From NCBI RefSeq assembly GCF_009914755.1, contig NC_060931.1: 64,000 nt of DNA, one strand, 5' to 3'. Below, piece by piece: positions 12,791 to 27,227 of the stretch. The position numbers and the translations under genes were made by a program. Each line of letters opens with the position of its first letter. Within the stretch, counting starts at the first letter, position 1. This stretch comes from the human T2T-CHM13v2.0 reference genome, Homo sapiens. The notes beneath the pieces were generated by a model. The model saw only the letters and a list, made by a program, of their open reading frames with translations. It did no database searches and had not been told where the DNA came from.

Positions 12791-13462
12791 AAGGCAGAAA
12801 TGTAAGACAAAGTCAAAAATAATGTCACCCAAAAGAAACATCCAGATCAAAAATGGGGCTATGAATATCTCTTATAGCTGCTCATGAATACCTTATTTTC
12901 TGGCTTTCACTTGTTTTCCAGCCGGACAACTGAATTTTATGAAAATGAGATGTTATTTATAATTTGCATACTACTATAAAAGTATGAATTTTTTTTCACG
13001 CAGGTCTGCTAAATATAGATGCTTACGTTTCCTGAAAACTGTGTCGAACTTCTGTACTATCATCCCAGGACTACTAAAGAGTTTAAGACCTGAAAGATGC
13101 CTAGTAAAAATGAATGAATTAACTAAATGTGGTCCTTAAGTCAGTCAAGAAGCCAAATGTAGTGTTGAAAGACTTTAAAATTGCTTCAGATATTGTCTTA
13201 AAGTTATACATGAAACATTTAATGTAATAATCTAAATTTTTCTCTAAATAATCTAAATTTTTCTCTCAATACTGTCTTTTCCATTTCAAAATACAATTTT
13301 CAGTGGTTTGGGGACTGTGAACTGACTTTTCTAAGTTCAAGAACTCACCTAAAACCAATGATTTAGGGATACTCACACTTCGAACTTTAATAGAGAAGTC
13401 AGAGGCAGGTAGAAAAGTGTAATTACTGACTTTTAAAAATACTAATTTATAAAGGAAAAACG

Positions 13463-13760
13463 GGTTCACACCTGTGAACCAGTGCTTTCACACCTGTAAT
13501 CCCAGTGCTTTGGGAGGCCGAGGCCAGAAGATCGCTTGAGGCTAGGAGTTTGAGACCAGCCTGTACAACAAAGTGAGATCCAGTCTCTACAAAAAATAAA
13601 ATTTGCTGGGTGTCGTGGTGTACATCTATGGTCCCAGCTGCTCAGGAGGCTGAAGTTACAGTGAGCTATGATCACGACACTGCACTCTAGCCTGGGCGAC
13701 AAAGCAAAGACCCTGTCTCCGAAAAACAAAAACAAAAAAACCCTGTTTCCAAAAAAAAGA
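13463..13760 (+). mobile_element. AluJ-like element with rearranged ends
   Basis: Alu body with a duplicated 5' tcacacctgt..ccagtgctt and a duplicated 3' ccctgt(c/t)tcc plus A-tail. Confidence 0.85.
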
Positions 13761-16238
13761 GGAGGAGGAGGGGAATACTAAAATGCTTATCTTACTCTTA
13801 CAGGTAGATTCTTAGGTTAACAATATGAGAGATCTTCACAGGAATGTTGAGGAGAGTTTTTAAAATAGACTCTCACCCCTGAGAATGAAGACTAGACAGG
13901 TCTAAGTGTTTCTTTAGTATTTTCTTTGTACACACCTACTCAGATAGATGCACATTACAGAAACTCAAAAAGTGAGTGTTCACAAATTGGTAGATGAAAA
14001 ATGTGAGTCAATAAATAAGCAGGGAAGACAGCTGTGGGGCAGAAGAAACTGTAATAAGGACCTGAAAGTATAAATGGGCACCGTAAGGGAGCTGAGTCAG
14101 TATAAACTTCAGTTCTTGTTATTATTTCTCATTAACAAAGTGAAAGATACTTTATGAAATCTTCAAAACTAAGAAAGGATAAAGCTCAATGCTCTGTACA
14201 TCAGATTACATTACAGTTACAGTCATATCTTTTTGGATAGTCCAACTTTCAATACTCCCTTTTGCTTTTTCTGAATGTCTACCCTCCCTCTTATGCAAAT
14301 TTTTTACATTAATGAAGAACAGGCTACGGTAGTAATATAGGGAAAATAATCAAATTGAACATGATAACCTAACCTAATTATAAAACTAATTGGAAATAAA
14401 TTAATCCATCTTTATTGGCATATATTTTCATATAAATATTTTTGTGTAGTTGAGAATTCTTTGGGCACAATTTACCTGCCTGAATGTGGACCCTGGGAAT
14501 GTCCTACTAGAAATCTTGGTATGATACGCTTTCACAATTAGATCTTAGACTGAGAGATAGTGCGTGGAGCAGTTAAAGAGTTTCAGTTTTGGAGTCAGCA
14601 ATTTAGTTCTTGCTTCACAATTTACCATCTCCATAACTTTTCTTAAGTATCCTGCATCTCAGTAATCTGTAAAATGGGACCAATAATAGGACTTACTTCC
14701 CAGTATTCACAAGGATGACATAAAATAATGTGTCAGGAAAACACTAAATACATTGTGTTATTTTGGTAGCTGTAAGTTCAGTTAGTACTTAATCAACTTT
14801 TTGTATTTCAAGTATATCAAACAACCTAGGTTCCACCATGACAGGAAAACAAAAGCCCACTTACTTCCAGAGTATTGCAGTGTCCCACCACTGGTAAGTG
14901 TACCAAATAATTTCTACCTTTTAGCTTTATATTGAAATAGCCAATAAGTCAAGTTTCAGTTGGCTACCAGCTGAGAAGGCAGTGACGAGAAGACAGCCTG
15001 TCCTAAAACTCCACTGCAAAAAACTAAGCAGGTAAGCAGCATCCAAAAAGTCTAAATTGTAATGGCATTAAATAAAGTAAAAACCTTCAGCAGTTTGCCT
15101 TGCACAATCCTGTAAGTTTTAAGAAACTGCTTCGCTTACTTGCTTCCTAACACAGCCTCTGAAGCAAAAACCCAGGTCAGGTCCTATTCTTTGAAGAGTT
15201 AAAATCTAGACTGGGTTCTCACACTTTTAGAAGGTGAGCAAGATGCCATCCGTGGTTGTCATAAAATTATACTTGTTTTGGAAGATTCATTTTAGATTAT
15301 CACTAAATTAAAATCACATGTTAAGTTCTCTCATAATTACAAAGGCACAGTTTCAGGATGGAAAGACAGGCTAGCTTGGAATTTTAAGTTTCCCACTCTG
15401 CCACAATGTCGATTCAGTTTTATATTTGGGGCTGAGGTTTGAGTTTGTCTTTCTTCATCATGATTTTACCCCCCAAATACACTGCCACTAAACTGCATTG
15501 CTATTTACTACACATGTAAGCATTTCAGGTGAAATCAGGGAGAAGAATGGAATAACTGAAGTTAACATGCTTGTTTAAAAACTATTCAGATACCTTAAAC
15601 ATTCCCAGATGCCAGTTGACAACCTTACCACTTGAAGCAAATATGTATTTGTTGTGGTGGGGGAAAGGAAAAAGGCCACACCCAAAGTTAAGACACCACA
15701 GTGAAGTGATACTCAGTTTCAGAATTTTAACTATTTCTATTTTCGGTACTCTTTTCACGGTCAATGAATTCTTCAACTTCACACCAGGCCGAGAGTTAAA
15801 AAACATGTTCCTCTGATCCTAATTACTTAGGTTACTTCATTTAGTAATGGGTAAGTCCAAGATGGAGAATTACCTCATTCAAAGAAAGGTTTAAGTAACT
15901 TTGGTGTAGAAGAGGGCCAAACTCAAATGATCAGTGCGCAGAAGAAACTCTGGATGAGCCAGACACCACTCCTCCCCTCCCCCAAGAGGCCAGGAAGTCA
16001 GGTAGCGCCTAACTGTATTAACGCAGCAGTTACCTGACACAGAACGCTACCAAGTTACCTGGACCCTTCTTTCAGTTTAGCTCCTCCCTAGACGCCCCTC
16101 TCTCCTTGGTGCCGCCTCCACCCAGGAAGTCTCTCCTCCCGCCCACCCCCATCCCCGCAGTCCAGCTCCCATCAGCTTCCTCAGCCTCATCTCCAGCCCA
16201 CCTCCGTGTTCTCGCCTACTCTTCTCATCCCCGCTTAC

Positions 16239-16310
16239 CTTGGCCACATAGTCTTTCACCTCATCCAAGTCTCCGTTTTTCAGGGCCCACATGAACTCCT
16301 TGTCGCACAT
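16239..16310 (-). CDS. MTPN: Myotrophin (V-1, ankyrin-repeat actin capping-protein regulator), first coding exon, 24 codons
   Basis: Minus strand reads gcagtgATG TGC GAC AAG... = [24 protein letters not shown], the recognisable myotrophin N-terminus. It ends in a canonical donor AAG|GTAAGC at 16239/16238 (phase 0) and lies in a CpG island. Confidence 0.97.
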
Positions 16311-16575
16311 CACTGCAGCGGGGCAGGCCGGTTGGCCGGGCAGAAGATGAGGAGGCGGTGGCAGCAGCAAGCGGATGCCGCCGGGCGAGAGGGAGGCAGG
16401 GCCGCGCGAAGCCGGAGAGGAGAAGAAGAGAAGGAGGGTTAGGCTGCCAGGCGGGCGAGGCAGTTGGCCGCGGCGACCGTTCGGGCGGGAGAAAGAAAGT
16501 TCTTTTGCGGCCACCGGGCCCAGCAGAGAGGTTCCGCCTGGCCGAGGAGAGGCAGGAACCTTTACACTTCCGGTT
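16311..16575 (-). other. MTPN: MTPN 5' UTR / leader (TSS position approximate)
   Basis: GC-rich leader between the ETS motif and the ATG. It contains no upstream AUG and has a pyrimidine-rich tract (about 16405-16438). The TSS is inferred, not seen. Confidence 0.6.
16566..16574 (-). promoter_or_regulatory. ETS/GABPA-ELK site
   Basis: ACCGGAAGT on the minus strand (plus strand acttccggt), near the inferred TSS. Confidence 0.75.
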
Positions 16576-16665
16576 CACTCCCCGCTAGGACCCTCCCCCA
16601 ACTTCCTCTTCCTCTTCTCCTCCGCGGAACGCCTCTCTCTGGGTCCGCGGCGCGAACGCCACTAG

Positions 16666-16677
16666 TGCGCATGCGCA
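16666..16677. promoter_or_regulatory. NRF1 binding site
   Basis: Perfect palindromic consensus TGCGCATGCGCA upstream of the leader. Confidence 0.85.
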
Positions 16678-16728
16678 ATGTACAGGCTGCCGGGAAGGCT
16701 AGAGTGGAGGGTAGGAGCCGGCGACAAG

Positions 16729-16738
16729 TGGGCGGGAC
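16729..16738 (+). promoter_or_regulatory. GC box (SP/KLF)
   Basis: TGGGCGGGAC within the CpG island. Confidence 0.55.
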
Positions 16739-17953
16739 TGGGAGGCAGAATGAAGGAGGCCCGGGGGAGGTCAAGACAGCGAATGGAGGAAGAGTGAGAG
16801 TACTTTCGATGGGATTAGGACGCTTCTGCACCACCATTAATGGGAAAAACTTTACTTTTTAAAAAACATAATCTTGGAGGGCATCTTGCTCAGCTTCTAA
16901 AAATGTATAGGAAGAGTGTTTAATTTGAATTCCTTCTTCCTTGCCTTTTCCCCTTCCCTCCCTCCTTTTCACCCCTCCCTCTCTCCGTCATCCAGTCTGA
17001 CTGGGCTAAAAACGATGGAATAACGCTATTCCTGCCCTCCAGGAAATCTTCAACACTAAAACTACAATGTAAATTGAGTGTGTTAACACTATGTATAATG
17101 TTCCCTGGAGCAAAAAACTTAAGTGTGTGGCAGGAAAAAAAAAATTAACTCATCTTCCTGACCAGCAAATGACGTCCAGGCATTCAGTTTGATGCCGTAA
17201 AGTGGAGCAAACCAAACTGTCTAGTACAATTTGCGTTTTTTAAATTTACTGTTTGTTTTTAATGGTTTGAAACTTCAGGACTGTTCTGGTGAAGTCAGTT
17301 CTGTTCTTCCTAGGGTTTAGTTGTAATGCCATAGTGCATAGCTACCACTTGAATTGTTCCTCACAACCCTAATGATCCAGGCATGCGCACATGAACATAG
17401 ATCCAATAAAAGCTCTTATTGGAGCTAGAAATATACGTATAATATATATACATATATAACTATTACTATATATAAAACTCATATATATAATCTATTATTT
17501 GTAACCCACTAAACACATTAACTAAGCTACTTTACCACCATTGCCGTACAGTGTAGGGGTTCCAAACAGACTCTGGAGCCAAATTGTTTAGTTTGCGATA
17601 CAGGTCCCACTTCTTGCTAATTTTGTGTCTTCTTGGGCAAGTTACTGAACCCCCTTCTGCTTCAGTTTTCCACTTGTGTAAAATGGGGATGTCAATAGTG
17701 TTTGGAAATGTATTTTTTTTTTTTTTGCTATCATTTAGAGTAGAATAGCAAATGGGTTTCAAATCAGAAGAAATCCCTCCAAATATTAACATCTACCTAG
17801 ATTGTCATTTGTTAATTTTACTCCCTGATAATTAGAAATACAAATCCACATACCCAATAGTGATACGATTTCTGGAAACAAATCTCAAGGGGGAATTTGT
17901 TAGGCAAGTCCTAGAATCTCCATCTCTTCTCCAACACACTCCCACCTGTGTGA

Positions 17954-19190
<1,237 letters not shown>

Positions 19191-19818
19191 ATTCATGGTG
19201 TTAAACAAATAATTCCTTTGTCTGCCATTCTGGGCACAAGAGAGAACTGCTCTTCCTGGCTTGTAGTTGAATAATATCATGTAACTAATTTTGGCCTATT
19301 AGTTATGAGCAGACGTGAAATGAGTCACTTCCAGGCTTGTCATTGTAAGACCCTTCAGAACTCTTTCCTTCTACTACAGCAACTAGCAACATGCAAGATA
19401 GTGGCTACACAGTCAGTCTGGGTTCCTGTGTAACTACAATGAGCAGAGCTCCCTCACTGTCCTATAATGGATATATAGGATGAATATGAATTTAACTTGT
19501 ATTGTTTTCAGCCATTGAAATTGTGGTGTTTATTACTAGAGGAACACTGAACCAATCTTGACTAACACAGAAATTAGTGTCAGAATGGGAATGTTACTAG
19601 AACAAAACCTTTAAATAAATGGCATTGGCTCAGTGGCTGGGGAGTATACAACAAAGGAAGTGATAGGAGAAGCCGTAAAGATGGTGATTCATACTCACAG
19701 GAGTGAAACCTTTGGCAAAACTGTAATAATATGGGGAAGGTCTAGTAGTTCTAGAGGAAAAGGCCAGAAAATGGAAAGCTGGTGGCATGTATCAGTAACT
19801 ATTGACTATATAAAATAC

Positions 19819-20467
19819 TGTTACTGGTGGAGGGTGTCCAGGTTCTTGGCACTGTGAACAAAGAATTGGACAAAATGCACAAAGCAAGGAAAGAATGAAG
19901 CAACAAAAGCAGAGATTTATTGAAAATGAAAGCACACTCTGTAGCGTGGGAACAGGCTGGAGAAAGTGGCTCAAGGACCTGGTTACAGAATTTTCTGGGG
20001 TTTAAATACACTCTAGAGGTTTCCTGTTGGTTACTTGGTGTACACCCTATGTAAATGAAGTAGTGGCCCGCAATCAGTCTGATTGGTTGCAGGAGGGGAA
20101 CAATCAGAGACTGAAGCAAAGTTACAGTTACACCCTATGCAAACGACTAATTGGTTGCAGAAAGTGATGAATCAGAGGCTGAAGTGAAGTTACAAAGTTA
20201 TACTCCTATGCAAAGGAAGACTTGGCCTGTGACCAGCCTGATTGACTGCAGGAGGGGACCAGTCAGAGGTACTTACAATTTTTTATCTGACACTCAGAAA
20301 AGATGGGGGTTGCAAAGGGAGTAGCCTTGAGTCCATTTGTTACTTAGGCATGGGAAGTTGGGGTTTTCCTTTTGATTTAGTTTTAGGAAGTCAGTGTGAA
20401 TCAGCCTTAGATGATTAAAAAAGATTTAATTAATCTCCGTGCCTCCAGACCCTATTCTCCTGTCTCA
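19819..20467 (-). mobile_element. Solo ERV1 LTR, MER51-like
   Basis: TG...CA termini, 4-bp TSD ATAC (19815-19818 and 20468-20471), minus-strand start tgagacaggagaataggg, repeated CCAAT-like boxes, minus-strand AATAAA at about 19916-19921. Confidence 0.8.
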
Positions 20468-21061
20468 ATACTACAGGAAATGATGAGTTTAGAAAATAAT
20501 TGTCCAGCTTGCAGTTAGGAAAGAAAGTGATTATAGGAAGCTATAAACTTGGAGACATGCACGTTTAGAAGATGCAAGTGATTCTCATTATTATTCATTA
20601 AAAACAAAACTGAGATGAGCAACAAAGGTTGATTAGAACTCAACCTCTTGGCAAGGATCAAATTACGGGTGTGATAGTCACACCCATGACTAAAACCTCC
20701 GAATAGATTAAAGTGGTACCCCATGAATCTTTTCAGTTGAACAACATGGCACAGGTCTTCCCATGACAGAGCTGGATAGATTCAAGGTACCTACAAGAAA
20801 GAATTAAAAGAGAAAGTTGTGACTTAGTGCAGTGGAGACACACACAATCATGGTATGTGGAGCTAGCTTGAATCAAATATGGAAGAAGCTGGCTAAATTT
20901 TTGAGAGACATGCCAACATAGCTATCAGTCAAGACTAAAGGAAACTGTAAATAGACTCCAAGTGGGAGTGGGGCTTCAACCTTCTGTGGACAGAGTTGTC
21001 TGAGAACGCTGCTCAGACTTTAAGGAGATCACATTTTCCAGTGCTCACTTAAGGACAAGGA

Positions 21062-21358
21062 GGCCGGGTATAGTGGCTCATGCCTGTAATCCCAGCACTT
21101 TGGGAGGTCGAGGCGGGTGAATCACGAGGTCAGGAGTTTGAGACCAGCCTGGCCAACATAGTGAAACCCCATCTCTACTAAAAATACAAAAAATTAGCCG
21201 GGCATGGTGGCAGGTGCCTGTAAAATCTCAGCTACTCTGGAGGCTGAGGCAAGAGAATCGCTTGAACTTGGGAGGCGGAAGTTGCAGTGAGCCGAGATCA
21301 CGCTGCTGCACTCCAGCCCAGGTGACAGTGCAAGACTCTGTCTTCAAAAAAAAAAAAA
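21062..21358 (+). mobile_element. Alu (S-like)
   Basis: Full dimer with A-tail; approximate TSD aaggaca(a/g)gga. Confidence 0.92.
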
Positions 21359-23512
21359 GAAATAGATAAGGACAGGGATAATGTGGTGCAAACCCAAAAG
21401 TATCTGAGACAGGTCCTCAATCAATTTAGGAGTTTATTTTTCCAAGATTAAGGACATACCTGGAACAAATGAACATGGAATCGCAGAAACAGTCTGTGAT
21501 CTGTGCCTTTCTTCAAAGATGATTTTGAGAGTTTCAGTATTTAAAGGGGAGAAGTGGGCTGGAGGAGAGAAAGGGAGGGTATGATAATCCACATGTTGCT
21601 AGAGAAAAGGAGCAGGTAGAGAAATAGTCAATTGTGTATTTGTCTCATACTCAGTAAACCAGCATACTTTACATAAGGTGAACATAAAGAAGCTACCTGT
21701 GGAGATGTTTAACCTTTTATCTGTTGCTATCTGCTTAGGAACAGAAAGGAAAGTCAGCTTCTTGCATGACTCAGCTTTCAGCTTAATTTTTTTTTTCTTT
21801 TAGCATTGTGAACTCGAGTTGTTTTTATTTTCCTTTCACATTTCGCTGCCCTTTTCTTTTTAAAATCTTTCGGAGAAAGCATTTTAGAAGAAAATGAGTC
21901 TCTGGTTTTGTCTGATCTCTCATGCCTAGGATAGTTTATTCCTAGAAAGACAGGTCCCACATTGTTAGGAAAGCTCATTTTTAGCAGGTTGTAAGGTCTC
22001 GCATCCCACAAAGAAAAAAAAATGGGAGAGGAAGAGAGAAAGAAAACAACAAACAAACAAAAAGTGAAAACAGTCTTGGAAAACTGATATAGGCCATATT
22101 ACTCTGAAGTCCATACATCAGTAGGCAGGTATAAAAGTGGTTTATGTATATAAATAGGTTGCTGTTATTTTCTTGCAAAGTTTAAGTTGTCTAGCTTCAG
22201 TTTGCACGGCTTTAAGAAGAGCACAGCTTCATTCCTAGTGATTTCAAGTCAGGAAAAATGGACAAAAAAGGAAAAAGGGAAAAAAATTGTAAACATTATT
22301 TTGGAGACTTATAGTCAGGAAAAATTTTAGAATTCAGTCTAAATTGTGGAAAATAATAAAAATCAGAAACATTAGGCAAGACTAGAATCTAATAACAGGT
22401 GTACTATAGTTTGAAATGTAATTTTTCTGTCTCCAATTTTCAAATTTTATTAAAGACAAAATCATAGTAGGACCAATTTATGTTTCAAATAAGTTTTAGT
22501 TCTATTTACTTGGCTTGATTATTTGCATAAAGTTCAGCAAGAATAATCATTTGCCATGCAGGCTCTCTCTTTCTCTTTATAAAATTGGCTTTGCTGGAAG
22601 CTTTTCATAAGGAATCTAAGATTTGAACTTTTTAAAAGCCTTGAGCCCAGCTAAGAATTTACTGTGCCTGCAGATACCTGTGTGAATTGGGTGAATTACT
22701 CTTTTTTCAAGGTCCCAAGAAAACTTGAGTTTCCTGGGCCTGTCAGAAAGTGACATTCTTTACTTATCCCAAGTCAGTACGCTGCAAATAAAAATGTATG
22801 ATCCCAGGTTTTCCAAGGCGCTTTTATTGGCTTTATAGGTCAGCCTCATTTTCTCAAGGCCATCTGAAAATGTCATTACAATCAAAGTCTTGATGAAATC
22901 ACCAGTGTCTCCAATTATGTCCTGTTATAAAAGAAAATAGATTCTTATTGAATTTATGCAAAGAACTACATTGTCATAAACTAAGGATATTCACCAAATA
23001 GTTTCCAAATTCTGAAGCAATTGCAATGGAGTTGTTTTAAATTTTTCTTATTAGAGTATACTTTACTCAATTGTTAAAAGCTGTAAACAGCTTAAAGAAG
23101 AGAAAACTTTCTTGACTCTAGAAAACAAAACAGGAAGAATCAGCAAGTGTTTTAGACAAAAAGCCATAAAAGAGGATTTCAATCTTCTGTTAGTTCAGTC
23201 CATGCAATTAATTCCTGTTCTGCTCGATATTGGATCAGCAATCCTCCTGAATACATCAGCTCTCCATGAGAGTTCTGGGAGTTTTCTTTCTCTTTATTCC
23301 AATGGCATATTTTCTAAAGATATTAGAAACCTATATTTAAGAGTACTCCTCAGAGTTCTATAGCTGATTATAAACCACCCTATAAAAGGATGAAGTAAAA
23401 CAATCATGGATGACAAAAGTCTTAGAACAGCCATGGGTAAAGATACAAATGACAAGGAAATTTGGTTACTTCTGTGGCATACAACAGTTTTACATAGCAA
23501 TTATAATTATTA

Positions 23513-23913
<401 letters not shown>

Positions 23914-24294
23914 TATTATCCAAAGAAGTTTAAACACCATTTTATATTTGACAATGCCTCCTGTATGATTTTATTATACCAAATAAGCTGAATATGTCTC
24001 CTTGGGACTTCAGGGGACCTAATATCAAAACATTAATGAAGCCAAAAGGATTGAATTTATCATTTGATTTTGGAAAGTCTGTCCGATATTAAAAGTTTAA
24101 AACTCTTGGTATCACAAAATAGAGTCACAAGTCTTGTAAAATAAGTCATTTATTTAGGCAAAGTGATAACTCAAAGATTTCCAAAAAAAAAAGCAAAAAC
24201 TTTTATTCTTTGAGAAAGGAAACTTACTTTCCCAAACAATAAGCCCTAATAAAGACAGCATAAGGTGATTAAATCTGTCTCTCAAATTTCATAA

Positions 24295-24520
<226 letters not shown>

Positions 24521-25815
24521 TCCATTACATTTTAATCATCTTGACCATAAGATATAATTTCTATAAACCTTGTAATAACTTTTTTTTTTTTAATTAGAGA
24601 GTGGGTTAATGCTCCAAGAAAACCTTGTTAATCTGACACAGGGGCTCAGATGCTCATCTTGCATCGTGTGCCATTGATATTAATTTTTAATTTACAGAGA
24701 AACTTTGAACTAATTTTCTCTCCCAGAATCAGCCCTATAATCTCACACACTCAGTGTGAGATTTCACACTAGTTCCTGGGCCTAGAGGGGTTGAATAGTT
24801 TTAACTTCTGACTCTGTGTCTCATGAATGCAGTTTACTTTGATTGTCATATTCTCTCAGGTCTGAAGATAAGGCTTTAGCTAATGTCAGTGCTTGCAAGA
24901 ATTAGCAAGACTTGGTGTCCGTTTTAGATCCAGGAGTCAAAGCCCTGTAACTTAACAGCACAAAGAGTTTAAAAAGAATACAGAAAATTACATGGATGTA
25001 ATAACCTTAAGTTTTTAAAATCTCAGTTTTCTAGGACTTGAATAATTAGGAAGAGTGTGGCCTAGGTCATAAGGGAAAGTTTTTTATTTAATAGAAGAGT
25101 TTAAAGCTAAGAGCACAGAATGTTATGTTGGAAGAAAACATTTTCATTAGATCTTTGGGATAAAACATTTTTAGCATCAGGCCACAACTACAGTTAGAAC
25201 CTGAGGAAAAAAATTATAAGAGCTCATGAAAAAGTTGAAGGAGAGAGTTATTGTCTCAGGCCTTCTCAAAGGGGAGAGAAAGCCAAAAACAGTGAGACAC
25301 AATAAAAGTTGAGCTTTTGGGTTAAAAATGTTAAAATTTCTTATAATTTTATAAGAATAAATTAATACTTTAAGAAAATTTTGTTTTTCTAAACAATTCT
25401 TCAGTTTATTAATATATATTTTTAATATTAAAGGCCAATCTCTAGAAAGACTAGTATAAATAATTTCCTTTTTTAATTATAGCCAACTTGATCACATAAA
25501 GTTTTTTTTCATAATTTCTTTATACAAACCTTATTATGACTTACACAAACCATTTATAACATGGTTGGACTTCCGGTTTCATCCCACTTTCTTTAATAAC
25601 CAGTCATTTTATTTTGGGACAAAAAATTCATCACACAAGATTCTTTCTCATATAGAATTTTTTTCCTTTTAAGTTTTCTTACTAAAAAACCCCCTTTATA
25701 TTCATAATTTTCTTTACATTTCTCTTATTTACTGGTTCTGTTTACCTTGTTTTATAAATAACCTTTAAATAATGTTTGACTTAGACAAAAATTATTTTTT
25801 TAATAAGAACACCTC

Positions 25816-26120
<305 letters not shown>

Positions 26121-26635
26121 ATAAGAACACTTCTTTTAGAAAAATGGTTTCCTATAATGTAATTTTTTAAAAAATCAGAACTGACCCAGACATTTAATAC
26201 ATATTTATTATCTAATTTCAGATTCTAAGGTATATTACAAGTTTATTTACAAGCATTTATTCCATTACATTTGCCTAATTAATTTTTTAGTAGTTTACGT
26301 AGATTACTTATGAAAATTGTGATAGTCATCATTTGAAGTTATTTCCCTGTTAAACATTTTTATAACCTGTGAATTTCAGGTGTTTATACCTAAGTAAGAA
26401 CCTTAAAGTTAAATAAATGTGTGTATGTGTGTGTGTTTTGCAAACAACTCAGGATTTAGCTGTTTTCATTAATCCAACAATATTAAATGCCTTATTTATC
26501 AAAAAATTGCACAAAGATAATTTCCTTTTCAGCTGCATTTATAACTTTATAAGCATCATGCAAAATCTTGACACCTTATAATATTTAGCAGAGATAAATA
26601 CACAACCACTTGACCAAAAAATCTAAATAATAATG

Positions 26636-26864
26636 CAAGAGTGTCCAATCTTTTGGCTTTCCTGAGTCACATTGGAAGAAGAAAAATTATCTTGGGCCAC
26701 ACATAAAATGCACTAACTCTAGTGATAGCTGATGAGCTAAAAAAAAAAAAATCACATGAGATGATCTCATAATGTTTTAAGAAAGTTTATGAACTTGTGT
26801 TGGGCCATATTCAAAGCCATTATGGGCCACATGCAGCCCAGGGGCTGTGGGTTGGACAAGCTTG
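26636..26864 (+). mobile_element. MER30 hAT DNA transposon
   Basis: caagagtgtccaatcttttggc...gggttggacaagcttg; 8-bp TSD taataatg/caataatg. Confidence 0.85.
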
Positions 26865-27227
26865 CAATAATGTATGTAGACAATTCTGAAGACATTTCTA
26901 ATATTATTTTACTAATAATTTTAAAGCCTGCCTATTTATTAAAGATTTACTTAAGTTATATAAACTTGAGAATCCTTTGGGCTTATTTACTTAATGAATA
27001 CTCCTTTATTTTTAAACCAGTTTGGTACCTTATGGCCACAACACATAACAAAACACATGCATGTACATGTAAACACACCTAAGCACACATGCACACCCAT
27101 ACAAATAAGGATCCTATAGCCTTTACTTTGGAATTCTAACCGTGAAATATCAATACAAACTCACCAGTTTACAAAAAAAAAAATGGTTGGATGTGAACAG
27201 TGGTTTTTATCTCCACACCAGTAGCAA

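Larger units (their letters stand above)
1..16238 (-). other. MTPN: MTPN intron 1 (continues beyond the left edge of the window)
   Basis: Begins GTAAGC at 16238 on the minus strand. No continuation of the myotrophin ankyrin repeats appears in the ORF track for 1-16238, and the region is AT-rich and repeat-filled. Confidence 0.85.
16090..16790. promoter_or_regulatory. CpG-island, TATA-less housekeeping promoter of MTPN
   Basis: Abrupt high-GC, CpG-dense segment in an otherwise AT-rich, CpG-depleted window, spanning exon 1. Confidence 0.9.
19196..21386 (+). mobile_element. MLT1-type MaLR LTR (about 19196-19569) followed by MaLR internal sequence, which resumes at about 30839-31400 after the nested provirus
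   Basis: LTR end ...tgttttcagccattgaaattgtggtgttt...gactaacaca is followed directly by the internal start gaaattagtgtcagaatggga. The flanks of the nested inserts join up across their TSDs. Confidence 0.6.

Noticed and set aside
3261-13266. Short tandem duplications (18-bp period at 3261-3295; 21-bp period at 13226-13266)
   Set aside because: Two-copy slippage duplications with no spacers; ordinary, and not CRISPR-like.
16077-16238. C-terminal part of the 145-aa ORF reading through the MTPN exon 1 donor
   Set aside because: A strong AAG|GTAAGC donor lies at 16239/16238, and the downstream peptide is not myotrophin. It is intron read-through in GC-rich DNA.
1-16238. LUZP6/MPD6 and MTPN downstream exons
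   Set aside because: They are known to lie further 3' in the gene, and no matching coding sequence is visible in this window.
16358-16862. Several plus-strand ORFs (76-132 aa) over the CpG island
   Set aside because: Low-complexity Arg/Gly/Pro translations expected from stop-poor GC-rich DNA, several with non-ATG starts, and no recognisable domain.
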